Shown here: piece after piece, positions 1-7,845 of the stretch | Position numbering within the stretch: position 1 is the stretch's first letter | Layout of the letters: each line of letters begins with the position of its first letter | Assembly: GCA_963589455.1 (NCBI GenBank) | Contig: CAVALT010000002.1 | Location: 1-27,271 of the forward strand | Direction: 5' to 3' | DNA from: Clostridiales bacterium | GTDB lineage: Bacteria > Bacillota > Clostridia > Lachnospirales > Lachnospiraceae | Length of the DNA: 27,271 nt | Program-made: the position numbers and the translations under genes | Notes under the pieces: generated by a model | Database searches by the model: none | The model's input: only the letters and a program-made list of their open reading frames with translations | What the model was told of the DNA's origin: nothing

Positions 1-865
1 GCTGAAGCATGGAATGTCTGTATTCCATAAGACGGCTTACAATCAGAGTGAGCCTTCGCTCTCCGGCAGCCCTCAGCATATAATCAAGAGCGGCTTCATC
101 CAGCAGCCTTTCAGCTATGAGCACGTCCGTCCAGTCCTCATTTTCAGGAAGCAGGGCAAGATCAGCTGTACGGAGTATGTTGAGCTTAAGATGAGCTCTA
201 TAGGCATCGGCGTCAGTCTGTGAGAGCCAGGTCGGAAACTGCAGCCTGGCAACAGCGATGTCTATCGAGAGGTCTGTATTATCTGCAACAGCCTTTCTGA
301 AGAGTGAATCATACTCTCTGATGCGCAGGCCGTCCTGACGGATGCATTCACGGTAGCTGAAGCCTGAGCCCTCGATCCTTATGTGAAAGGTCTGAGCTCT
401 CGGGTCAGCAATAGAGTTGCTGTTGTATTCCGGAAAAACAAGCCTGAGGCTGCTGTGCTCGGCATCCTTAAAGTGAAAGGTCACTCTCATTTTTCGATCG
501 CTGTCCTCAATGATCCTGTGCACCAGCTCAGTATGACTGATATCAAGCGTTACATCTATCTCGCTGACGCCGGAGCTTGTTCGGATGGCACCGTCATAAT
601 AGTCAGTCACACTGTCAGTCAGAGTAAGCTTATGCAGATCCTGACAGAAGTAGAAGGCGAAGGCGCGTATGGAAATGACGCTGTCAGGCAGTGTAATCTC
701 GGACAGCCCCCTGTTTGCATCTGTAAATGCCTCCTTGCCGATGGATATAACAGGCAGTCCGTCTATCTCAGCAGGTATGCAGAGCTTCTTTTCTGAGCCG
801 CTGTAGCCGGTTATTTCAATACCCTTTCGGTTTCTTATCTCGATTTCCCTGTATGTATATGACAT
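1..865 (-). CDS. BspA-type leucine-rich-repeat (LRR_5) domain protein, 3' end outside window
   Basis: Hand translation from ATG at 865-863 (RBS GGAG at 874-871) stays open to the window edge (about 288 aa): MSYTYREIEIRNRKGIEITGYSGSEKKLCIPAEIDGLPVISIGKEAF...EITLPDSVISIRAFAFYFC..., with typical BspA cap and repeat motifs. Absent from the ORF track because there is no stop codon in the window. Confidence 0.8.
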   Translation of the reverse strand, partial: MSYTYREIEIRNRKGIEITGYSGSEKKLCIPAEIDGLPVISIGKEAFTDANRGLSEITLPDSVISIRAFAFYFCQDLHKLTLTDSVTDYYDGAIRTSSGVSEIDVTLDISHTELVHRIIEDSDRKMRVTFHFKDAEHSSLRLVFPEYNSNSIADPRAQTFHIRIEGSGFSYRECIRQDGLRIREYDSLFRKAVADNTDLSIDIAVARLQFPTWLSQTDADAYRAHLKLNILRTADLALLPENEDWTDVLIAERLLDEAALDYMLRAAGERRLTLIVSRLMEYRHSMLQ

Positions 866-897
866 ATTGTCTCCGTAGCACATGATAATGTATATTT

Positions 898-1024
898 TTA
901 AGGAAATGCTGATTAAATCGGCATTTCCTTAAAAGCTCCGCTGGATCGCACGGATTTGCAGGCGAAATTGCTGCTTCGCAGCGCAAATCCGGCGAAGGAA
1001 ACACTTTAATCAGCGTTTCCTTAA
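898..1024. repeat. Repeat family A, full copy 1 (TTAA-bounded palindromic MITE/REPIN-like element)
   Basis: 20-bp terminal inverted repeats TTAAGGAAATGCTGATTAAA / TTTAATCAGCGTTTCCTTAA (19/20 match); left 35-bp palindrome at 898-932; central CGGATTTGC..GCTGCTTCGCAGC.GCAAATCCG; recurs at 16511, 16916 and as fragments. Confidence 0.85.
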
Positions 1025-1046
1025 GTCAGCAGACCGCATTTTCCTA

Positions 1047-1074
1047 ATAATAACACATCGTAATGGTGCTGCAA
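1047..1074 (-). promoter_or_regulatory. Putative sigma-A promoter for the LRR gene
   Basis: Minus strand TTGCAG-16 bp-TATTAT with extended -10 TG (TGTTATTAT). Confidence 0.45.
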
Positions 1075-1084
1075 GGCATAGATG

Positions 1085-1093
1085 TGTTAAAAT
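1085..1093 (+). promoter_or_regulatory. Putative extended -10 promoter for the tadA operon
   Basis: TGTTAAAAT (TGn-TAAAAT) ending 8 nt before ATG 1102. Confidence 0.45.
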
Positions 1094-1101
1094 AGCCAAT
1101 T

Positions 1102-1605
1102 ATGAGATACAAGTCGGAGCAGGAAAAATTCATGACAGCAGCCATACGAGAGGCTCGCAAAGCAGAGGCATTGAATGAAGTCCCGATAGGCTGTGTTATA
1201 GTGCGCGGGGGACAGATAATTGCACGCGGCTATAATAAGCGGGTTACGGATGGAAGTGTACTCTCACATGCTGAGATTATCGCCATCAGAAAGGCCTGCC
1301 GCAAAACGGGAGACTGGAGGCTTGAGGAATGTGAGCTGTATGTCACACTGGAGCCCTGTCCTATGTGTGCGGGAGCCATAGTGCAGGCACGGATCCCAAA
1401 GGTATATATCGGTTCAATGAATCCCAAGGCTGGATGTGCAGGCTCTGTTATGGACATGTTTCATATGGAGCAGCTTAATCACCGGGTGGATACGGAGACG
1501 GGTGTGCTGGGAGAGGAATGCAGCAGCATGCTTAAGGATTTTTTCAGAGCACTCAGAAAGGCACATCCTAAGAAGGTTAAGTACAGGCCGGGGATAATGA
1601 CATGA
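1102..1605 (+). CDS. tadA: tRNA adenosine(34) deaminase
   Basis: EVPIGCVIV, HAE and TLEPCPMCAGA zinc-deaminase motifs, and C-terminal LKDFFRALR; upstream of the dnaX-ybaB-recR block as in other Firmicutes. Confidence 0.93.
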   Translation: MRYKSEQEKFMTAAIREARKAEALNEVPIGCVIVRGGQIIARGYNKRVTDGSVLSHAEIIAIRKACRKTGDWRLEECELYVTLEPCPMCAGAIVQARIPKVYIGSMNPKAGCAGSVMDMFHMEQLNHRVDTETGVLGEECSSMLKDFFRALRKAHPKKVKYRPGIMT

Positions 1606-3017
1606 GCTATAAACAGCAGCTGGAACAGCTTGGCAATAAAATACTGAATGCCTCAAGGACTGAATTATTTCTGTCTATGAGATTTATGGGAGGTGCGCTG
1701 GACAGTCTCGGCTATACCATAGACCTTACGACAAGAACAGTTGGCACTGATGCGATATATATACGCTTTAATCCTGAATTTCTGATGCAGCTTTATCTGG
1801 CAAAGCCTGTTATGCTGAACCGCCTTTATGTACACATGCTGCTGCACTGCATTTTCCGGCATATGTTCGGTTATGAGCTTTATGAGGACCGGGATCTGTA
1901 TGATCTCTGTGCGGACATAACAGTGGAAGCACTGATCGACGGCATGGAGTATAAGGCTGTAGAGACCACACATTCTGACTTCAGGAGCAGCTGGTATGAC
2001 AGGCTGAACAGTGAGGTGAAGGTTCTGACAGCAGAGAGGCTGTATAAGTATTTTTCGGAAAAGCCGCCGGAATATGACGAGTACATGAAGCTGAAGTCTG
2101 AATTTACCAAGGATGATCACAGCTTCTGGTCAAGACTTGAGGATGAGAAGCAGGATGACGGCAACAATCCGCAGAATCAGCCTCCCGGACAGTCACCGCA
2201 GGATCCGGATGCAAAGCCGCCGGAAAATGACGATGGCAAGGACGGCGGCAAGGAGCCTCCGAAGGCACATAATGTTGCCAGGCTTCCTAAGGAGCTTGAG
2301 GAAGAGTGGAAGAAACGGGCCGACAGGATGAAGGTTGAGATGGAGGCCTCGGGACATGAAGCCTCGGATGAGACCGGCAGTCTGCTCAGGATGCTGAAAT
2401 TCATACAGAAGCGAAGAAGAAGCTACAGGGATTTTCTGAAACGCTTTGCTTCGCTCCATGAGGAAACAAGGATAGATCCGGATTCCTTTGACTACGGCTT
2501 CTATCAGTACGGCATGGAGCTCTACGGCAATATTCCTCTTGTTGAGGAAAATGAATATCGCGAATCCCGCAAGATAAGGACGCTGGTAATTGCCATAGAT
2601 ACAAGTGCATCCTGTCAGGACAAGCTGGTGCAGCGCTTTCTTAACGAAACAGCAGACATACTTGCAAGGCAGGAATCCTTCTTCAGAAGAGCGGACATAC
2701 TCATACTGGAATGTGATGACAGAGTGCAGGAGGAGATATTCCTGAAGAGTCCGGATGAGCTTAAGCACTTTGCAGAGGGCTTTAAGGTGAGAGGCGGCTT
2801 CGGCACGGATTTCAGGCCGGCCTTCAGGCGCATTGAGGAGCTTAAGAGAGTCGGAAAGCTTAAAAATCTCAGAGGCATGATGTACTTTACTGACGGCTTC
2901 GGAGCATTTCCCGAAAAAAAAGTGCCCTGGGATACCGCAATAGTGCTTTTCGGAGATGAGGCAGAGGAGCCGGAGAAGCTTCCTGACTGGGCATATAAAC
3001 TGTATCTTGATGTGTAA
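1602..3017 (+). CDS. DUF2201-family protein: N-terminal metallopeptidase-like domain, acidic/Pro linker, C-terminal vWA domain
   Basis: vWA MIDAS VIAIDTSAS, GGFGTDF and YFTDGFG; N-terminal VGTD..IRFNP..F and HMLLHCIFRH at the HExxH position; ATGA overlap with tadA. Confidence 0.85.
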   Translation: MSYKQQLEQLGNKILNASRTELFLSMRFMGGALDSLGYTIDLTTRTVGTDAIYIRFNPEFLMQLYLAKPVMLNRLYVHMLLHCIFRHMFGYELYEDRDLYDLCADITVEALIDGMEYKAVETTHSDFRSSWYDRLNSEVKVLTAERLYKYFSEKPPEYDEYMKLKSEFTKDDHSFWSRLEDEKQDDGNNPQNQPPGQSPQDPDAKPPENDDGKDGGKEPPKAHNVARLPKELEEEWKKRADRMKVEMEASGHEASDETGSLLRMLKFIQKRRRSYRDFLKRFASLHEETRIDPDSFDYGFYQYGMELYGNIPLVEENEYRESRKIRTLVIAIDTSASCQDKLVQRFLNETADILARQESFFRRADILILECDDRVQEEIFLKSPDELKHFAEGFKVRGGFGTDFRPAFRRIEELKRVGKLKNLRGMMYFTDGFGAFPEKKVPWDTAIVLFGDEAEEPEKLPDWAYKLYLDV

Positions 3018-3031
3018 GAGGAAAAATAAAC

Positions 3032-4579
3032 ATGAATATAAAGGAAGCTAAAGAGGAAGTTAAAAATATAGTAAGGGCTTACCTTGCAAAGGACGAAAAC
3101 GGCATGCCCTGCATAGCTGAGGAGCACCAGAGGCCGGTGCTGCTTATGGGCCCTCCGGGTATAGGCAAGACGGCAATCATGGAGCAGATTGCAGCTGAGC
3201 TTAAGATTAATCTTGTATCCTATACGATTACGCATCATACCAGACAGTCGGCAATCGGACTTCCGAGCATAGTTCACAGGAGCTTTGACGGAGTTGATTA
3301 TGCAGTTACCGAATATACGATGAGTGAGATCATCGCATCTGTATATGAGCAGATAGAGCGCTCGGGAATACGTGAGGGCATACTTTTTCTCGATGAGATA
3401 AACTGTGTATCCGAGACGCTTGCGCCTACGATGCTCCAGTTTCTGCAGTACAAGACCTTCGGTACGCATAAGGTGCCGGACGGCTTCATTATAGTAACAG
3501 CAGGCAACCCGCCGGAGTACAATCAGTCGGTTAGAGAGTTTGACATAGTTACACTGGACCGTCTGAGACGAATTGATATAGAAGCTGACTACCAGGCCTT
3601 TAAGGAATATGGCTATAAGGCAAAGCTGCATGGTGCTGTAATGGCATATCTGGATATCCGCAAGGACTGCTTCTACAGCGTACATGCGGAAACAGACCGC
3701 AAGAGCTTCGTAACAGCAAGAGGCTGGGAGGATCTTTCCGATGCACTTAAGACCTATGAAAGGCTTGGACTTCCGACAGGCGAGCAGCTCGCCGCACAGT
3801 ATCTTCAGGATGAGGAAATAGCCTCTGACTTTGCACTTTACTATGAGCTCTACAGAAAATATGCTGGTCTTTACCGTATACCGGAGATCCTCTCAGGAGA
3901 GGCCTGGATCGATGATAAGCTGAAGGCGGCTCCGTTTGATGAAAAGCTGTCGCTCATAAGTCTTCTCACGGACAGTCTCAATACAGAGTTCAGAGCCTAC
4001 AGAGATGAGCAGGCAGCCGGAGAGCTGCTGCTGGATAAGCTTAAGGAATTCGGAGCAGCGCTTAAGACGTCAGTGTCAGATGCTGCGGGAAATGCTGCAG
4101 CAGGCAGTGACGGCTCAGGCACGCCGGCTGAGCTTATGGGAAGAATTATTTCTGAAGAGGCTGAAAAAAGAGCCAGCATTAAGAAGGCAGGCATGCTGAC
4201 CCGTGAAGCTGAAGGAGACAGCCTGAGAGTTGAGAAAAAGCTTAAGGATTACGTCGTATTGCTTAAGACCATGGCTTCTCCGAAGGAGGCATTTGCCTGC
4301 GTAAAAGAAGCATTTACCAAAGAGGAGGCCGCAAGGCAGGAGCACATTAAGACCACTGATGAGCATCTTACCAATGTGTTCAGAGCGCTTAATCAGACCT
4401 TCGGACAGGGGCAGGAGCTGGTGCTCTTTCTGTCAGAGCTTAACTCCGGCTACTACAGCCTTAAGTTTATAAATGAATGCGGAAACGAGAGCTATTATAA
4501 TTATAATAAGCTTCTGCTGCTTAAGGACAGGAATGACAGTCTTCGCAGAGAGATACTAAGGTTCACGGAGGAATACTGA
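3032..4579 (+). CDS. MoxR-like AAA+ ATPase with long helical C-terminal extension
   Basis: Walker A GPPGIGKT, Walker B LFLDEIN, sensor I TAGN, LDRL arginine finger, TARGWE; adjacent to a vWA gene; RBS GAGG upstream. Confidence 0.88.
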   Translation: MNIKEAKEEVKNIVRAYLAKDENGMPCIAEEHQRPVLLMGPPGIGKTAIMEQIAAELKINLVSYTITHHTRQSAIGLPSIVHRSFDGVDYAVTEYTMSEIIASVYEQIERSGIREGILFLDEINCVSETLAPTMLQFLQYKTFGTHKVPDGFIIVTAGNPPEYNQSVREFDIVTLDRLRRIDIEADYQAFKEYGYKAKLHGAVMAYLDIRKDCFYSVHAETDRKSFVTARGWEDLSDALKTYERLGLPTGEQLAAQYLQDEEIASDFALYYELYRKYAGLYRIPEILSGEAWIDDKLKAAPFDEKLSLISLLTDSLNTEFRAYRDEQAAGELLLDKLKEFGAALKTSVSDAAGNAAAGSDGSGTPAELMGRIISEEAEKRASIKKAGMLTREAEGDSLRVEKKLKDYVVLLKTMASPKEAFACVKEAFTKEEAARQEHIKTTDEHLTNVFRALNQTFGQGQELVLFLSELNSGYYSLKFINECGNESYYNYNKLLLLKDRNDSLRREILRFTEEY

Positions 4580-4604
4580 TGTACTGCAGAATGTGATATA
4601 ATAA

Positions 4605-4808
4605 CTGTTTAGCACATTCCTCATATATGTGTGAAATTGACTGCTTGCAGTTGGAGATACTAATTGTTTAGCACCTATCTCGAATTTGCTGCGCAAATCC
4701 TCGATAAGGCTGGCCAGAGCCCCTTCGGGTCTTGGCCGCATTCCGCATATATACATAAATTGCCTACAAGCAGTCAATTTATGTATATATGCGGAATGTG
4801 CTAAACAG
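4605..4808. repeat. Repeat family B, long copy (non-autonomous MITE-like element)
   Basis: About 45-bp imperfect terminal inverted repeats (4605-4650 vs 4764-4808, CTGTTTAGCACATTCC...); perfect 24-bp inverted repeat 4739-4762/4775-4798; central part recurs inverted at 25074-25149. Confidence 0.8.
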
Positions 4809-4840
4809 ATACATAAATAAAGTCTTAATACTTATGTAAA

Positions 4841-4869
4841 TTGACATTTTCAGCGTACGAAGGCATTAT
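4841..4869 (+). promoter_or_regulatory. Putative dnaX promoter
   Basis: TTGACA-17 bp-CATTAT. Confidence 0.45.
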
Positions 4870-4896
4870 TGTCATAGTAAAAAAAGGGATATTAAT

Positions 4897-6852
4897 ATGG
4901 CATATCAGGCGCTCTACAGGAAATGGCGTCCATCTGACTTTGACGGAATTGTAGGACAGGACGCTGTTGTCACGACGCTTAAAAATCAGATAAAGTCAGA
5001 CAGGATAGGCCATGCCTATCTCTTTTGCGGTACAAGAGGAACAGGCAAAACCTCGGCGGCAAAGATCTTTGCAAGGGCTGTAAACTGTCCGCACTCAAAG
5101 GAGCATGGCGGAAGCCCGTGCAATGAGTGTGAAGCATGCCGGGCGGTCAATGAAGGCCGGGCCATGAACGTGTTTGAGATAGATGCAGCCTCAAATAACG
5201 GTGTCGACAACATAAGAGATATCAGGGAGCAGGTTGAGTATCCTCCTGTTACAGGCCGGTTCAAGGTATATATTATAGATGAGGTGCATATGCTGTCGAC
5301 AGGCGCCTTCAATGCCCTGCTCAAGACGCTCGAGGAGCCGCCGGCCTATGTTATATTCATACTTGCGACTACAGATCCTCAGAAGCTTCCGGCAACCATA
5401 CTGAGCAGATGCCAGCGCTATGATTTCAAGCGCATTTCCAAGGCAAGGATAGCAGAGCATCTGAAGGCAGTAACAGAGCGTGAGGGAGTCAAGGCAGAGG
5501 ATAAGGCACTGGCCTATGTTGCAGAGGCAGCAGACGGATCGATGCGTGATTCACTCAGCATACTGGATCAGTGTCTGGCATATCATTATGGTGAGATACT
5601 TACCTATGATAACGTACTGGACATACTCGGAGCCGCGGATGACAGTATATATTCAGAGCTGTTTGGCAGGATTGCGGGGCATGATGTCGAGGGCTGTCTG
5701 GAGCTTACGGCAAGGCTGATAAATGACGGCTGTGAGACAGGACGGATTATCAATGATCTTATAATGTATCTGCGCAATGTGCTGCTTGTTAAAAGTATGG
5801 GCAGCAATGAGCTGTTGGAGCTCTCGGAGGAACGCTTTGAACGCGCCGGAAGAGATGCACAGAAGACAGATAATGATACCCTGATAAGGATAATATCCTC
5901 GCTTGCCGAGCTTTCCAACAGGACACGCTTCACACCACAGAAGCGAACAGCCTTTGAGGTTGAGCTTATCAGACTGTGTACAGCAGGCATGCCCGGATAC
6001 GGTTCCGGCATAGTGGCAGGAGCAGAAAGTCTGTACGGCAGTGTCGGACGGATAGCTGCATCAGCGCAGTCATCGTCCGGAATCGCGGCAATGGCTGGAA
6101 TCGCAGCATCGTCCGGAGCAGGTATGTATGCCGCGGGAAATGCGCAGGCAGCTCACCCGGCAGGAGGACAGCGGGATTACAGAGCAGCCGGAGGCAATGT
6201 TCCGGAAGCTGCAGCCGGAAGCGCAAGGATAAGCATCGCATTGACAGAGGCATCTGCCTCAGGCTCGGACAGCATCGAAGGGACTCGGAATGAGTCGGCA
6301 TCAGAAGCCGCAGGAAAAGCTCAGGCAGGACTACTGCCGTCCGGCAAAGCTGCGGCTGACGGTAGAAACGGCACAGCAGCGACAAAGCCAGCGGCTTCTG
6401 GCACTGAAGATACGGTTAAACAGAGGAATACGGCAGAGCTTGCCGCGGCTGCGGCTTCATCATTAAGCGGAGGCAGTGGAGCAGAGTCTCATGCCCAGCC
6501 TCAGCCTCAGCCTCAGCCCGGAGCTCTGTACAGCACTATAATGCAGAACTGGAGCGTGCTGATGTCCGGGCTTTCGGCATCGAACCGGCCGCTGTTCAGG
6601 GATATACTGGTAAAAGAAGAAAACAATGCGATAGTGCTTGTTTTCAAAAACCAGATGAACTACAGGTTTGCGGCAAAAAATGCTGAGGAAAATGGTGTAG
6701 TTAAGCTCAGAGAGCTTGCAATGGAGAAGCTCGGACTAAAGGTTAATTTTATGGCAAGAGTGGCGAAACCGGGTGAAATCAGCACGGAACAGCCCAAGGC
6801 AACACAGGAGGAATTGGCAAGGATCAATTTCCCGATCAGTATAGAGGATTGA
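4897..6852 (+). CDS. dnaX: DNA polymerase III subunit gamma/tau
   Basis: MAYQALYRKWRP start, GTRGTGKT, Zn-module cysteines, EIDAASN, IIDEVHML, SRC motif; long Ala/Gly/Ser-rich linker. Confidence 0.97.
   Translation: MAYQALYRKWRPSDFDGIVGQDAVVTTLKNQIKSDRIGHAYLFCGTRGTGKTSAAKIFARAVNCPHSKEHGGSPCNECEACRAVNEGRAMNVFEIDAASNNGVDNIRDIREQVEYPPVTGRFKVYIIDEVHMLSTGAFNALLKTLEEPPAYVIFILATTDPQKLPATILSRCQRYDFKRISKARIAEHLKAVTEREGVKAEDKALAYVAEAADGSMRDSLSILDQCLAYHYGEILTYDNVLDILGAADDSIYSELFGRIAGHDVEGCLELTARLINDGCETGRIINDLIMYLRNVLLVKSMGSNELLELSEERFERAGRDAQKTDNDTLIRIISSLAELSNRTRFTPQKRTAFEVELIRLCTAGMPGYGSGIVAGAESLYGSVGRIAASAQSSSGIAAMAGIAASSGAGMYAAGNAQAAHPAGGQRDYRAAGGNVPEAAAGSARISIALTEASASGSDSIEGTRNESASEAAGKAQAGLLPSGKAAADGRNGTAATKPAASGTEDTVKQRNTAELAAAAASSLSGGSGAESHAQPQPQPQPGALYSTIMQNWSVLMSGLSASNRPLFRDILVKEENNAIVLVFKNQMNYRFAAKNAEENGVVKLRELAMEKLGLKVNFMARVAKPGEISTEQPKATQEELARINFPISIED
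6496..6519 (+). repeat. In-frame hexamer tandem repeat (CAGCCT)3 CAGCCC encoding QPQPQPQP
   Basis: Read directly from the dnaX linker sequence. Confidence 0.8.
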
Positions 6853-6857
6853 ATATT

Positions 6858-7205
6858 ATGGCAAAAAGAGGCGGATTCGGCGGCATGGGCATGCCGGGAA
6901 ACATGAACAACATGCTTAAGCAGGCTCAGCGCATGCAGAGACAGCTCGAGGAACAGCAGAAGGCACTGGAGGAGCAGACCTTTACAGGCACAGCAGGCGG
7001 CGGAGCAGTAAGCATTGAGATGACAGGAAAAAACAGTGTAACAAAGGTGACGATAGATCCGGATGCCTGTGATCCTGAGGACGTTGAAACACTCGAGGAG
7101 CTTATCATGCTTGCTTTTAATGATGCATCAGCTAAGGTAGGAGAGGCTAATGAGGCTGTTATGGGCAGGCTCGGCGGCGGACTTGGCGGCTTCGGAGGTT
7201 TCTAA
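6858..7205 (+). CDS. ybaB: YbaB/EbfC family nucleoid-associated protein
   Basis: MNNMLKQAQRMQ, GTAGGGAV, IDP..DPEDVETLEELI; between dnaX and recR; ATG 6858 with GAGG at 6844-6847. Confidence 0.95.
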   Translation: MAKRGGFGGMGMPGNMNNMLKQAQRMQRQLEEQQKALEEQTFTGTAGGGAVSIEMTGKNSVTKVTIDPDACDPEDVETLEELIMLAFNDASAKVGEANEAVMGRLGGGLGGFGGF

Positions 7206-7207
7206 GC

Positions 7208-7825
7208 TTGGAATATTACGGTTCAGGCATAAGCAGACTGATAGAGTCTCTATCTTCACTGCCGGGCATAGGCAGGAAAAGTGCACAGAGACTGGCATTT
7301 CATATAATCGCAATGCCTAAGGAGCAGGTTAAGGCAATAGCTGATACGATGGTAAGCGCCAGAGAAAATGTCCATTTCTGCAAAAGCTGCTGCACAATTA
7401 CGGATGCAGAGCTCTGTCCGATATGCGCAAGCACAAAGCGCAATCACAGACAGATTATGGTTGTTGAAAACTCAAGGGATCTGGCAGCCTACGAGAAAAC
7501 CGGCAGATATGACGGTGTTTATCATGTGCTGCACGGAGCAATCTCGCCTATGCTCGGCATAGGACCTAATGACATAAAGCTCAAGGAGCTGCTGCTCAGG
7601 CTGCAGGATGAAAACGGTGAAGCCAATGTCGACGAGATTATCATTGCAACAAATTCATCTGTCGAGGGTGAAAGCACGGCCATGTACATAGTGAAGCTGA
7701 TAAAAACTCTGGGTCTTCCGATAAGGCTTACCAGGATCGCTACAGGTGTTCCTGTAGGCGGCGATATAGAAAACATAGATGAGGTTACGCTTGAGAGGGC
7801 GCTAAGCGGACGAACGGAAATGTAA
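7208..7825 (+). CDS. recR: Recombination mediator RecR
   Basis: HhH motif LPGIGRKSAQRLA, C4 zinc finger CKSC..CPIC, Toprim YHVLHGAISP and VEGESTA; TTG start with GGAGG at 7194-7198. Confidence 0.96.
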   Translation: MEYYGSGISRLIESLSSLPGIGRKSAQRLAFHIIAMPKEQVKAIADTMVSARENVHFCKSCCTITDAELCPICASTKRNHRQIMVVENSRDLAAYEKTGRYDGVYHVLHGAISPMLGIGPNDIKLKELLLRLQDENGEANVDEIIIATNSSVEGESTAMYIVKLIKTLGLPIRLTRIATGVPVGGDIENIDEVTLERALSGRTEM

Positions 7826-7845
7826 TCCGAAGGAGAAGGTTGATA

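Noticed and set aside
14..796. Plus-strand ORFs 14..223 and 383..796
   Set aside because: Antisense shadows of the minus-strand LRR gene, which has an RBS and recognisable motifs.
816..1004. Small ORFs 816..1004, 4556..4777 and 24988..25179, and the N-terminal extension from 25773
   Set aside because: They run through repeat elements and lack an RBS; artefacts of the palindromic sequence.
2615..3685. 356-aa minus-strand ORF
   Set aside because: Lies opposite the vWA and AAA genes with no motifs; typical antisense frame. The same applies to 2193..2768, 7522..8070, 15886..16446, 23610..24227 and the other short overlapping ORFs.
4580..4896. SRP RNA (ffs/scr) expected upstream of dnaX
   Set aside because: No CAGG..GNRA..AGCAG domain-IV motif; the structure is explained by repeat family B.
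4897..6852. Programmed frameshift producing DnaX gamma
   Set aside because: No AAAAAAG or long homopolymer after the collar domain; the only A6 run (about 6675) is near the 3' end and is not followed by G.
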